Assembly: GCA_003344405.1 (NCBI GenBank)
Contig: NOWV01000201.1
Span: 1-64,000, forward strand
Reading direction: 5' to 3'
Source: Trichoplax sp. H2
Lineage: Eukaryota
DNA: 64,000 nt
How positions within the stretch are numbered: position 1 is the first letter of the stretch; each line of letters begins with the position of its first letter. The position numbers and the translations under genes were made by a program. The notes beneath the pieces are model-generated. The model made no database searches and was not told the DNA's origin. It saw nothing but the letters and a program-made list of their open reading frames with translations. Shown piece after piece: positions 26,129-39,225 of the stretch.

Positions 26129-29100
26129 TTAAGCTATATTGGTCTTGGAAGAATGATTTTTATAATTAAATGATGTTGTTGCAACTAATTTTGTCCGACT
26201 GCAACTATTAATGATTTGGCGGGCACTAACAGTTGATTCTTGTCGGCGTTTGCTATTTTTCTTTTCAACAGAATGAGCATGAAATAAAGGACGATGCACT
26301 AAATAGTAGAGGCCTAATAACATAAGAATGATTACAATACCGCTAATTGCAGCTATTAAAAAGATATGCCATGGGTTGTTGAAGAAATGCGTAGAAGGTA
26401 TCTCTTGCATAGGAGTATAGCTTGCAATGTTACTTGGTATACTTATTGATGAACATAAAACTGCTCTAATGCGAAACTGATAACCTTGGCTAGATAGATT
26501 GAGCAGCTTGGTTGGTATATAATAATAAAGGGAACGGACAATATTATCTGTAATATTCTGAAATTCATACTGACTGTTAGCTATTTTATATTGGATTATA
26601 AAACCGACACTTTCCATTAGATCGTAAGTTTTCCACTCTAACAGTAGGCGAAAGCTTTCTACCTCTACCGATTTGATTGTCAGACTATGAGGAGTAGAAG
26701 GAACTTGGCAATGCGTCATATCGTATGAGATATCCATAGGAACTCCATAGCCATAGTGACCACGAGCAGTAATAGTAAAGGTGTAGGATCCTTCCGGCAA
26801 TTCTTCGATGGAGTAAATTGGATTCGATGTGACCGTGGATATTCTTGGATAAGTTGGATCCTCAAGTGAGAAATATTCCACACGATAATATTCAATATAT
26901 TGATAGCTCGTTTTAAAATCTAGCCATGAAGGTGTTTTCCATTTGACTATCACTCCACTTGTATTCTGTCTGGTAAAAGTAACATCACGAATTCGATCTG
27001 CAAATGCAATCTTGAGGTCAGGAATTGAAGTTGATAACACGGTTGATATTTATAGGATGTAATTTATGAGTAGCTTGCTATAAAACTAAAACCAATTACC
27101 TGGTACTGGATTCGTTACGTTAACAGTAGTAATTCTCTTGATTTGGCTATCACCACCGTCGCCATTAGCGCAAAGTTGAAACTTGTATACGGCTCCTTGC
27201 TGCACGGAATGGAGTACAATATCCGATAAATTGTAGACAACAATGCTGGTTGGCTTCAAGAGTGCTGCTCCTTCTTTCCAAAAATAAATCTAGTTGCATA
27301 AATCATATCATAGTTAATGGAAATGGTTGGACTGATGATTCATCATAGATTGATACAGCTTATATTTTTACAGTAAATCTAAAATTAATTTGCAATTGCC
27401 AACTAATGGCGCATTCAAAAAGCGCACTACTTTTGCCTACTGAATTTAGCTGATATAGTCTAATGTTACAGAGCAGCTTTACTTTGTAGTAGTAACATAG
27501 CCATCACAAGATAGTTTATCCAGTGATGGACTGATAGCGATTAATGGCAATTTTGCCTACAGTAAACTATTGGATATTACTAATTTTAGAACATGCTAAT
27601 CTCGACTGAATATCATGGACAGCAATAAGTATGGATATCACCATGCTAGAACGCCGTAAACTGTAATCAACTACTATTGATACGAACCTTATTGCGTTGA
27701 GAAATTTTAACTTCGGCACTATTCCAGACATTTTCAAAGCGAACGCGAATAACACTTAAACCAATGACATACAACTTGGGGAATGGTGGCAATGAAGTAG
27801 GAGGAGGTATACTTGTTTTAACAGTAGCGGTTGGCGTTTTCATCTCACTTTCGCCAACTGAATTCCAAGCTACTAAGTAAAAATTGTATTTAAGATTGGG
27901 TAGGACATCTTGTAAAGTATACTGTCCGCTATTATCGACTTCTTTTACTTGCCAACCCGATCGATATGGACGATAGTATAAGCGATAATTTAAGTTAGGT
28001 CCATTATGAAATTTTTGAGGTAATGGTATCCACGATATAGTTATAAATTGATAACTTGCACCGGTAGTGCTAGCGTAGAATTGAGTTGGTGCCATTGCTG
28101 GTTTATCAGTTAGTGTTGTAACTTTATATTCTTGAGTGTATTGACTTTGGCCAACGGCGTTAATAGCAGCAACTTTAAGTATGTAATGATGATATGGAAT
28201 TAAATTATCTAATACAGTAGTTACAATCGTCGATGGACCGCTAAAACTGTCGGCTGGTACAAATCGTTGATTCCATCTCCTGGTTGATCTTAATTGGTAA
28301 TCAATCTGAAAATAAGTCAAAGGTTTCTCCGGCAGTATCTGTTGTTGCCAGGATAGTGTTATCGATCGCGATGAAACTTGATTAATTCGTAAATACTTGG
28401 GCTGATGTGGAATATCGATGACATTCACCTTAGCGCTTCCAGTATTTCTTACATAACCGTAATCATGAACATACGATAGAACGCGACAAATATATAAACC
28501 TCCATCTTGGATTGTACTTTTGTCTATTATTAACATGCTGCTGCTTTCATTAGCTGTGATAATTCGCTTCGAAGTATTAGAAGTTGTAAAACTCCATAGG
28601 ATGGAATGATTAAGTCCATATTGATGATTTTGGATATTACAGGTTAATCGAATACGTTTACCCCTTTTGATCACTAGTTTATTATGGTTGAATACTACCT
28701 GGAATGAAGGAATAATAATGACATTGGTTTGGATTGCTATGGAACCATTTCGATTACTAGCAATGCATTTATAACTTCCTTGATCGGAGAATTCAACATG
28801 ATGGACAATTAATGTTCCATTCGATGGTATAATAGTATATTTAGAAGATTGTACTGCTGATAAATTATGATTGTCTTTCATAAAAGATATAATTGGTTTT
28901 GGAAAGGCAACGGCTTTACAAATAATCCTATTTCTTCGATTGATTATCCATTTTGTGATAGCAAAAGGTCGTATAAGGAATGATGGTACAGAATCGAAAA
29001 CAAAATTAGCAATAGCTGACTTGACAATATTTCCAAATTGATTAGTAGCCATGCAGGTATAGACTTTGGTATCAGATTGTTGTAAAGATTGAATAATTAA

Positions 29101-30315
29101 TGTGCCATTATGAGAATAAATACGATGTTTAGTTGTGTTCGAGATAATATTGCCATTAGCATACCATCGGTAGTGGATATAGCTTCCACTTGCTTGACAA
29201 TGCCAAGCAAAAGAAGTACGATGAAGACTAACCGTGATATCTTGAATACCATTTTTCCATTTAGGCGGTACAATCACTGTTAATGTTGCTAGATGTTGAG
29301 AAATGGTATGGCCATAATTATCGTTGATTTGGCAATAATATTGGCCTTCATCCTCTTGTTGTATATTAGCAATAGTCAACCTGTATTGATTGTTACTGAG
29401 TTGAAATCGATGTGGAGGCAAGAAGCCATGCAATTTGTACCAACGAATTTTAAATGCTGAATTGCCAGTAACAACACATTGAAAATGGACTTGACTTTGA
29501 CCAGCTTGCACTATTTGATCGATAGGAGCAGCAACTATACTTATCGGTTTATGTAATTCTGATAGACTGGGTGTAAAGCTAATATTTAACAGTTGTCTAC
29601 GGCCATGATTAACTACAGTAACATAATTATGGGCAATTGGATCATAGAGTTGAAAAACCGAATGACAGCGATAAGTGCTTGTATCTGATGGTCCGACTGA
29701 AGTAAAATGTAATGTTCCATCGTGGATAGATTGATATAAATGTGGGTATTTCTCTATATCGATGAAATGATCATTATCTCGTGTCCAATAAATAGTATTT
29801 GGTGATGGATTTGTTTGTACAGGAATAGGACAAGTTAATTGAGCATACTGTCCACTTTGGAAAGAGTAGGTAGAAATATGTATATTATCAAATTGATTAA
29901 ATGGCAATAGTAGATGTCGTAGTTGTAAAGTTGCTATACGACTAACACTGATGCCATAGTTATGTATAGCGAAACATTGATAATTTCCAGCATCGGATAA
30001 TCGGATTAAATTAAAAGTGAGATTACCATTTTGCAAAACAAGTCGATCATTAAGCTGTATAGGCTGTTGATTGTGAGTCCAATAATATGTAACGCGTTGA
30101 TTGGGCAGACTTTCTTCAAGTTGGCATGTTAGGGTTAAATTACCGCGATAATAGCGGGGAGAAATAGCATGTTTACCTTGATAATCAAGCGGTTGTAGAC
30201 GAAAATTGACCTTAAAATCGTTAGCATGATTGGATCGAATCAATGTTGTTAGAAGTAAGATGAAATACCATTGACATCTTTGCTTAGTTAGTTTCCAGAC
30301 CATTTTCAGTATCAT
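26129..30315 (-). CDS. L1/contactin/neuroglian-type Ig-superfamily cell adhesion receptor (signal peptide, 6 Ig, 5 FN3, TM, ~55-aa tail), ~1228 aa
   Basis: Exons (minus) 30315-27688, 27289-27100, 26997-26129 join in frame (3687 nt). Six C...W...DxGxYxC Ig domains, five FN3 repeats, and a TM segment IFLIAAISGIVIILMLLGLYYLV. An acceptor-like CTTTTTCCAG just 5' of the ATG (~30322) suggests a 5'UTR intron. Confidence 0.9.
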
Positions 30316-33300
30316 CAGTTCTGGAAAAAGCGAAAAGGAATGATTAAAATAAGAGAGAAGAAATAATAGGCTGCCCAGTTGATTACTTGAACTTATTTTG
30401 AGGGATAGGAAGTGAGACAGAGAGATAGAATGAGCTGGTCAGTTTTTTGCAATGAATCTAGTAGAGTAGTCATCAAATTGCTTTGATTTACAAAGTCAAT
30501 GGCCACAGTTTGGTTCAAGGCTTTGGTAGTAAACAATGAAAGAAATGATAGATATACATCTTAATCTAAGCTATTAATTTAAAATAGAATAGAATGTGAA
30601 TTACAACAGTTGTTTTTAGAGTGAGAGGTCGTTGAAACAGCTGTGATCGATTTCAACGTGATAGGTAGACAATAACTTTGCAATTGATGATGACGATGTT
30701 GACGTTTCCTATAGACTATTCTACTTTGATCGATGCTTGTGTGCTATTGATTAAGTTATGATTTCAGGTTTATTGACAAAGCCATTGAATGGAAATATCC
30801 TCGAAAAATTTTAACTAACTTAACAAGTATTAATGATTGAAAATATCCAATAACAATCACGCCATGATCCATCTAATATTAAAACATCCGCTAATAGTAG
30901 ATAAGGAGAGAGATTTCTATTATCTCCTATTTGTGAACATCTGTAGTGATTTATTATCTATCACAATCTAATTATAATATTCATGGAGATAGTGAAAATT
31001 ACTTTGTTTTATTGACAATTAAAAAATATCAATATGATGATTTAATATTAACATGATTGAAATAAACTCCATCTACAATGGCTATATTATCCTTTTATTA
31101 CCTTATTCGATTTTTAAAGTCTTTTCTCTCCATCACAGTGATCTTTCAGTTTCTAAATCTGTTTATTCAAGTAAAAAAATTGTATCGTTAAAATTATATC
31201 AAACGATATTCCTGTTTCATGGATGGTAACAATAAATGATAACATTAGCTAGATAGAGAAATAAATCATGTCTTCATTCCTTAAAAACCATATGATTTAT
31301 ACGGCTGATTCAATTTCGTTCATTTTTTTTCATCCATGATTTCAAAAGGTTATTTTATTATCTTGTACAATAGGCTAAACAACAATAGTTGTCGGAACAA
31401 TCTCAATCATAATTACAAATTAAGTTAATTGCCGTGAGTACAGGTGATTGCGTTGTGATTATCCTAATGATGTTTACGATCTGTACAATTACGTATGATA
31501 AAGCTTCATGTAGAGGTAATATCTTAAAAAATGACATTTCAAACTAATATGTTTACAAGTGAAAATTATTGGTACTTGAAAACAGTTTGTCATAGTAGAG
31601 CTCGATGTGGATTTATTTTTGATCGAAAGAATTGCCGATAGTCATCTTTTCATCAAGCTATTGATATAAAGAGTTAACAATAACTTAATTATGTCACAAC
31701 TATTCAACGATAATAAACTTCTAGATAAAGATGATAAAGTAACATATTACTATTAAGTTAATTGTTTTCAACTCGATGATTGTTTCTGATTTATGTCAGA
31801 TAAAAGAAAAAACCAGTTCGAGTTTGAAGAAAGACGTTTCATATAATCTCTCTATTCTTTCTACTGGTAATACGATTAATCATAACAAATGTGAACTTAT
31901 GCTCGATTCAACTGTATTCTTTCTTGATCACTGTGATGGTATTTCGTTCTTTTAGTTAAAATGAAGATAGGAGTTTATAGTATTATCATTTTGATGAAAT
32001 TTGGCGAAAACCCGAATATATATTGAGTATAAAACCGATATCTTTGTATTATATGATCTTTGCCGGGCTGCGAGTATTAACGGTCATATGTCGATGATTG
32101 AGGATGTATGGCTATAATGCCGCTAATATAAATGTTACCACCTTTTCATTTTACAGATGTAGTTGATTCAATCTGATGAGTTATTATCATTATAAGGTTG
32201 TAGTAACCTTCTATTTAGCATTTCTGTCTCTTATCCATTTTTAATTCTAGCACAGTTGATGCTATTTTTTAAAATATCAGTTATTAATAAATGACAAAAT
32301 AGGATAAGAACGTCCAAAATATTTTACACGATGGATATCAACAGCTAAATTATACAAAGCAATGATGATTTTTTTACTTCAATATTGATGTTGACAAGAT
32401 AGGATTACAATATCATAAAATTTATCGTACTATATCTCAATCGCACAGCAATGCCTAATATACTCTAAACTTTGATAATTTTCTGCTCATAATTGGGCAA
32501 TTTCGCAAATGATTTATAAATTATTTTGGTTATAGTAATGTAATATTGCCGTCTTTTAAACCGAAATTGAGATGATCTGAAAGCGTAAAGTGCATAGAAT
32601 GTTAAGAGTTCATTTCATCTACTTTTATTCCCGACATAGTTTAAACCGAACTAGTCTAAGTGTAATTAATAAAGCGGAAATATGATTTACTGTGAAGTTA
32701 ACATTTACTATATCTCCAGAATCTCAACTAGCTATACGTATATTCTATACATGAAAGATGTATTTTAAGTGTTACATGTCAAGAAGTAGGGAATAGTTCC
32801 TGTAAAAAATAGAATCAATGCAGTAACAAAGTATGACAGGAATGATATCACTTACAATGATCCCATCAATTGACGGTTACAATAAGCACATATATTAAAT
32901 TCACTTAAATGATATTTTTGTTATTTATGTATTGCTGTTGGCGTTATTTTGCTGATGAATCTTGTTTACTAGTATATTAAGGGAAGGACTGGATGTGTTT
33001 GGATTGACTAGTTTCACCACGATTGAAACGTACGGTAGGTACGTTATCCTATCGATAATCCTAGATCAGATCAGATTAGATCATAACTTAAGGTTACGTC
33101 AATTTAATGCTACGGTATCGAACAAATTCGAAAGTAAGTCATTGCATTTCAGATTAAACACCAGCGATAGATCATCCAATTCATTCATTCTTGAATAGTA
33201 GTTCGCTTAATGTTGAGATATACGGTGCATGATCTGCCAAATTTATAATATATTATCAAATATAATATGTTCACCGTTTACTGTAAACGAGAACCATAGA

Positions 33301-34046
33301 AGATACAAGTTAATTTACTTAATAGACATACAGTAGATCATTTCACTTTATTCAGTATACGATAAGTAGCTAACAGTGATTTATTGGCCAACAGCTAATT
33401 TCTTTTTGTTACAGTTATGAATAAGCTTTATCAAATTGTAACTTAGGTAATAGTACCTAAAAAGTCTTAAGAAGTTAATAGTTATTAAAATGTAAGAGTT
33501 TTAGAACATTATAAGTCATAATATCGTCAATGACTTTACACTTGAAGAAAATCGTGATTATTATTAATTTTTATTTGAATTTATACCATTAGCCATTTTT
33601 TTTTTATCAGGATCAATTAAAATAGATGCAAATAATGGTCCATGACGTAAAGCGTTCAGGTCCATTTTGAATATTTAAAATTGATAGTATATATAGAAGG
33701 CTAATTTCACAAAGGATGGGATTAATTTATTTATTCAATCAAAAGTCTACGAAAGAAATTGTCAGTCTTTAGTAGTGATAACAATGGATCTTGAATATTT
33801 CTTGGCATGAACAATCGTATTGCAGTTATCGTCTTGATGAGCCAATGCCAAAATAAATATGGTATGCTTTCATAGAAAAGGAAATGCAATCTAAAGTATA
33901 TGATATGCATTCTGGATGGTGTTTCCTAACGAGAGTAATCAATTACAGAGATCTCTTTTTCCGAGATGACTGCCAATTAGATGATAGCCAGTTCTACTAA
34001 GTGTAATATTGACTAGTGCGTATGGATGGAGTTATGTACGGTCTCA

Positions 34047-35893
34047 TTAAAGTTCACAATATTGTTTTTGTCCTTGAAATTTCCAATCAAAGTACCATAA
34101 ACCATGATATTGATGTTCAGTAACATATACTCGGTTAGAATTGGGTTGAAAGTGTACATTACTTGGCTTGTTGAAGGGACATTCTATTCTATAAGTATGC
34201 TTGCCAGAATGATCGAATACGTCAACATGTGATCCATCCCAATTAGCAACCAATAAGTTACCTTGGCAATCGAAATCCATACCATCAGGTCCGTTGTCTT
34301 CACTATCATTTGGTAAAGTTGCCCATAAACGCTTATTTGTGATTTGACCATCTCCAATGATATCGTAGGCCCACAATTTTCTAGGCACGGTCTCTGCTAC
34401 AATGAGTGTTTTATCGTCGGCAGTTACCGCTAAGCCATTACTGAATCGAAAACCTGTATCTAGTTTAACCACATCTCCATTCCGCTGACGGCAATATAAG
34501 CTACCAAATGGTTCCTACAATTAAATTATTATCGTACTGTCATTAACACATATGCGGTATGCAATTACACAATTATTGTAGTTTATTAAAAGCCTATGCG
34601 AATGTTTATCGTCCAATCTATTTCATGGCAATTTAGGACATATAATATTAGCATCGCCGTTGTAGTTACTATCCACATACGAGTTCACTATGTCAGGAAG
34701 ATCAATAAATTGCGATCAGGGATAGTTTACGAATTCATTTCGCTCAGTATGATAGTACTGTCAATAACAGTAAATCCTACAACACAGCAATTTACAGCCT
34801 ACTCGTACGATGTTATCCTAATATAAATTTACTTTCAAAGTGAACTCATATTAAGATAATGTAGAGTTTACAATCAATGTAATCCAACTATTTTCATACC
34901 AGGCGAAATGAATTTGTTAACTAGCTATTAACCTTGCTAACAGAGTGAACTCGTATTACGATGATACTGTAAGAAGGAGTTGTAAAACACGCTATTGTAG
35001 GATTTAAAATTGTTGGAAATGCTTTGATACTAAGCTAAATGAATTTGCTAATTATTGCTATGATTGATTTATTCGTTAATCTTCGTGACAGAGTGAACTC
35101 AAATTAGTTAATACTACATGAAATTGATTTGCACACCATCTATGACTGTCATGTATTACTCGTTGCGATTGTCAAGAAAGATTCAAGAATAGTTTCCAAA
35201 TTCATTGCGTTTAGTATGAAAGTACTGTATTTACAGTCATTGTAAAGCCTCTAACTGAGTAGTATTTTACTGTATAACCTATTCGTTAGCCATAACTGAT
35301 GTTAGTGCTTCGTAAGCATTGTCATTCATCACTTGATTATTATTTAGTGTTAATAAACTGTAAAATGTAGAGGACTGAGTTGAGGTAGTTATCAAGGTTA
35401 CATTACATTATGCAGTCATTCGTCGTTTTGTGATCATTTTCCCTACTACCTTGATTGATCTTTGATAAGGTTGAGGAGCAATAGGTCCAGCAGGAGCAGA
35501 AACATAAAGGTTACCTCGCGAATCGAATGCACAATCATTGCAACCTTGCATTACTTGGCCTTCACATTCTTCAACTATTTGTGTGGCATGACCGTCTGGC
35601 GATACTTTTAATATTCCATGTCTCATATCAGCCACCCAAATATTATTCTCTTGATCACATTGGCAACCTGCAGGAATTCCACCCACACCATGAAATTTCG
35701 GTCTGCACCATACAGTTGATTGTCCATTTTGTAAATTTATCTTTAAAATCTGACCAGCTGATCGGCCATCCTCTTCTTCAACCTCAGGTGCAACCATCAT
35801 CAGTTGACCATTTTTGTTGAAAACAGGCCCTTCTGCTCCTAATAAACCTTCAGCAACCTTGGTAAATTCAACTTTTAGCTTTTCTGCGCTCAT
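34047..35893 (-). CDS. Squid-type diisopropyl-fluorophosphatase (DFPase) homologue, SMP-30/gluconolactonase six-bladed beta-propeller, 303 aa
   Basis: Exons (minus) 35893-35450 and 34514-34047, phase 0 (RSIK|EPFGSLYC). Collinear with Loligo DFPase as recalled: FTKV..GAEGPVF, VAPEVE, GGIPAGCQCD, VADMR, MQGCNDCAFD, APAG, F.F.NG.AV, LIVAET, DGMDFD, LLVANW, CPF.KPSN.HF, VTEH, KQYCE. Confidence 0.92.
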
Positions 35894-36429
35894 AGTGACT
35901 TAATTTACCTTTAATAATGGCATTAATTAATCAACCAACATCAACTGGGCAATGTGGACGTGAAGAAGTTGAATATTTGAACTCGCAATCGAGGCTAATC
36001 GATGTCATCAGGCGTAGTAAACTCAAGGGCTACTGAAGAGAATAGGATTGTATGGCTACAAAGTACCTACATGATACAGTACCCATTGAAAATGACAGCA
36101 GCTATACTAGACTCCAGCGTCATAATCGAACTTGAAAATCGATCGCTAAATAATTTAATTAGGTAAGGTACTGTATGATACATGATCTAGTGGCCAGTAT
36201 AATATGCATGTCTGTTCTCGTTTGAGATTCTGGTTCACTCAAAATCATTCCGTAACTTTGATTTAATTATTTTATAGATTTAGATTGGAGATGAATGTTA
36301 GTAAAATTTCCATGTCAATATTGCGTGGTAATGTTCAAAGTCGAAGGCTCCCAGGTACTGGCCTCCACAGTAGATTAATGTCCTATACAGGGAGAGATCA
36401 TAAAGTACTTGTTGATCTGGTGCGATAAT

Positions 36430-36725
36430 AATAATTATTAATTATAATGCACTCTTCGATGGCATGTGTACTTCTAATAATTATAATGTACTCTTCTAAT
36501 TATGATAATGCACTCTTTCAAGGTATGTGTACTTCTCATTATTATAATGTACTCTTCCAAGGTATGTGTACTTCTAATAATTATAATGTACTCATGCAAA
36601 GTGCGTATACTTCTAATTATTATAATGCACTCTTCGATGGTATGTGTACTACTAATTGTTATAATGCACTCTTCAATGGTACGTGTACTTCTAATAATTA
36701 TAATGTACTCTTCTAAGGTACATGT
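36430..36725. repeat. 39-bp minisatellite, about 7-8 copies
   Basis: TTATAATGYACTCTTCxAxGGTATGTGTACTTCTAAT at ~36442, 36542, 36581, 36620, 36659, 36698. The overlapping ORFs repeat every 13 aa. Confidence 0.9.
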
Positions 36726-37205
36726 ACTAGTCGTACTTTAAAACAAAATCCTTGAAACATTTTCAGGTAAGAATTTTTTTTGTCTCGTGAGTAAAAATTG
36801 AATTTAGCTTTATTGTCATATCGTACGCCGATCTTTAAATAGTTTGGAAACAGAGAATATGCAAACAAAATTAAGAATATCGTCATCGATCAATATCCTA
36901 TCCAATACTACAAAAGAGAAGATAGTTAACAAATTTATCAAAGCATTCGAAAAATACTACTTTCAGCAGTACTGCATTCGCAGTGACTGAACAAACTCGG
37001 TTATAATATATCTATATCTACACCGATGATGTAAATGGCTATAAACTATTTCAAACGCTCTGTTTTCGTCGAGTCGACTCTTTCTTATTTATACGATGAA
37101 AGGTATAGTTTGTCTTTTAAGTAGAAAATACTTTCAGTAAATGCTACACAAACAACCTCATCCTCATCCTCTAAAAAAATGCTAGATCTCCTCGATCGTT
37201 GTCAA

Positions 37206-38630
37206 TTAGCTTTTCTTGGGGGCGGTACTGTAGGGCTTGTTGTTGATAAAGTTATACATCATTTGGTATGCTTGCTGAGGTCTTAATGCTGGTACGGTAT
37301 GGCCTGCACCTCGAATTGTCAAGAAGTCAATCTTGTCATAACGCTCGACGAAACCTCCCACTTGTTTACCGTTGATATCCTTGTAAAACCATGGCTGTCT
37401 TGGCTTGATTACTTTCCTCTTTAAACTTCTGACTGCCCATTGATCACCTAAGAAATTGCAAACCGTATCGACATCTCCATTATAAACTAAGCCTCTGACT
37501 TTCTTCAGGAAACTGGGGAACATTTCTACAGTTTCGGCATACTGACTCTGATATTTAGCTCCGACTGCATTGGAACAGATATGCCAGGTTCCAGCATGAG
37601 GAGAGATGTGTAGAGCTTTTCTGACATCTTTACGATTTAAGTAGAAGGTTTCAGCAGTAGAGTTGATACATGGAACTATCGGTTGGCCATTGGCTGCTGA
37701 TTGAAATTTTCCAAATAAGTGAGCAGATAAGAAAGATCTTTTGACGCTGTCTATAACACTAGCTTGATCTGGATCGAAGCAGTCTCCATAGACATTGTAA
37801 GTGTCGATAGAAGATGGTATTTGCGCTTTGGCGATAAGTTCGAGACACATCATACTGGAGGGATTGTAAAAGTTACATTTACCATTTTTGCAACAGTGTT
37901 TCTGTAGCTGTTCCCATAAATCTGTTCCAAAGAAGCCATGATAGTAGTAGTAATAGATAATGGAGTTGGCCAAATTCTTTGAACTGATTACTCCATTACC
38001 GATAGCGAAACCCTTCAGTTTAATACTTGAATCGTTGATAATCCTAGCGACCAAAGTTGGAACGTAAATACCTGCATAGCTCTCGCCGGTAATGTAAAAG
38101 TCGTTCTTCTTGAATTGAGGGAACTTTTGAAAGAAATTCTTGATTGCTGCATAATTGTTTGCTGCTGTAGTGTTGTCAGTAAAGGCATAATCTTTATCCA
38201 TATTATATGAGAAGCCGACTCCAGCAGGTGACTCGAGGTATAAAACATTAGCAAATTTATTCCATGATGTGGTACGGTAATATAAGTGAGTACTATCGAG
38301 ATGAACTCCGAAAGGTCCATGCTCTGTTAAAAATCCGTCTAATGAACTGCAACCTGGACCACCGTTAAGCCAAAGGATTAATGGAGCCTGACTTGGATTT
38401 TTAGTAGCTTCTGCGAACCAATAATGTAATTGGTTTGTCTTTAGTCCTTTTAGGTAGCCAGAATAATGCTTGAACGATGGGGGATGAGGTAGGCCCGGTA
38501 GACTCTTGACCAAATCAGGATTCTTTGGGGCAGCATACGCAATACTCAGTACTGCAACCGCTAAGATGCCGGCAGATAGTAGGATTTGCTTCGTCATGAC
38601 CTTCCTAAACAAAGCAACGAATACGATCAT
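37206..38630 (-). CDS. CTSA: Serine carboxypeptidase S10, cathepsin A / lysosomal protective protein-like, intronless
   Basis: 474-aa ORF (alternative start 38597) with a signal peptide, LPGL, YSGYL, WLNGGPGCSS, YLESPAGVGFSY, catalytic Ser GESYAG, Asp NGDVDTVCN and His GAGHTVP. The symbol is a family-level call; one-to-one orthology is not shown. Confidence 0.93.
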   Translation of the reverse strand: MIVFVALFRKVMTKQILLSAGILAVAVLSIAYAAPKNPDLVKSLPGLPHPPSFKHYSGYLKGLKTNQLHYWFAEATKNPSQAPLILWLNGGPGCSSLDGFLTEHGPFGVHLDSTHLYYRTTSWNKFANVLYLESPAGVGFSYNMDKDYAFTDNTTAANNYAAIKNFFQKFPQFKKNDFYITGESYAGIYVPTLVARIINDSSIKLKGFAIGNGVISSKNLANSIIYYYYYHGFFGTDLWEQLQKHCCKNGKCNFYNPSSMMCLELIAKAQIPSSIDTYNVYGDCFDPDQASVIDSVKRSFLSAHLFGKFQSAANGQPIVPCINSTAETFYLNRKDVRKALHISPHAGTWHICSNAVGAKYQSQYAETVEMFPSFLKKVRGLVYNGDVDTVCNFLGDQWAVRSLKRKVIKPRQPWFYKDINGKQVGGFVERYDKIDFLTIRGAGHTVPALRPQQAYQMMYNFINNKPYSTAPKKS

Positions 38631-39144
38631 TTTTACAAGTCCGTGAGTCCATAAGAAATATACAGTAACACTAGGCTTGCTGTGTATCTCCTATCATTAG
38701 CTTGATTGTTTTTGACACTTTTTTAGATGCTATTAGTCATAATTGCGGGATAAGAACAATTTAGTAATTACTTTCTCTATTTTCTTTCTAAACAATCTTT
38801 AATTGCTGCTTTTAGCAAATGAAGTTGCACGTGTATCATCCAGTATAGCACAATTCAGCAGTATTGTAAATGTGATTACCGTCAATTTATTTGCTATCGA
38901 CTAAAGCAGGTACTATGCTATATTGAGTCCATTTTAAGTTCCAGCTAGCATGAATATATCCTGCATCATCTCCACTAGAAAATAGGATTCAATCCAAAAA
39001 AAATTTCTCACCTGAGCTAGACGATTGATTTCGGAAATGAATCCAGGATGCGCGTACGCCCGTATTTAGCTACAGCAATTAGTAGTGTATACTGTATAGT
39101 ACCGTACAGTACGGATGTACGGAAAGTGTTTTTTAGCTACAAGC

Positions 39145-39225
39145 TCTACAGTACTGTAGGGTACTGTACACTGTACTGCAGTGTACTGTACACTGTACTG
39201 CAGTGTACTGTACACTGTACTGTCA
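39145..39225. repeat. Quasi-palindromic simple repeat (ACTGTACTGCAGTGTACTGTAC)n
   Basis: About three 22-bp units built from CAGTACTG, TGTACA and CTGCAG palindromes. Confidence 0.8.

Noticed and set aside
36447..36741. Two overlapping 13-aa-periodic ORFs
   Set aside because: Translation of the 39-bp minisatellite.
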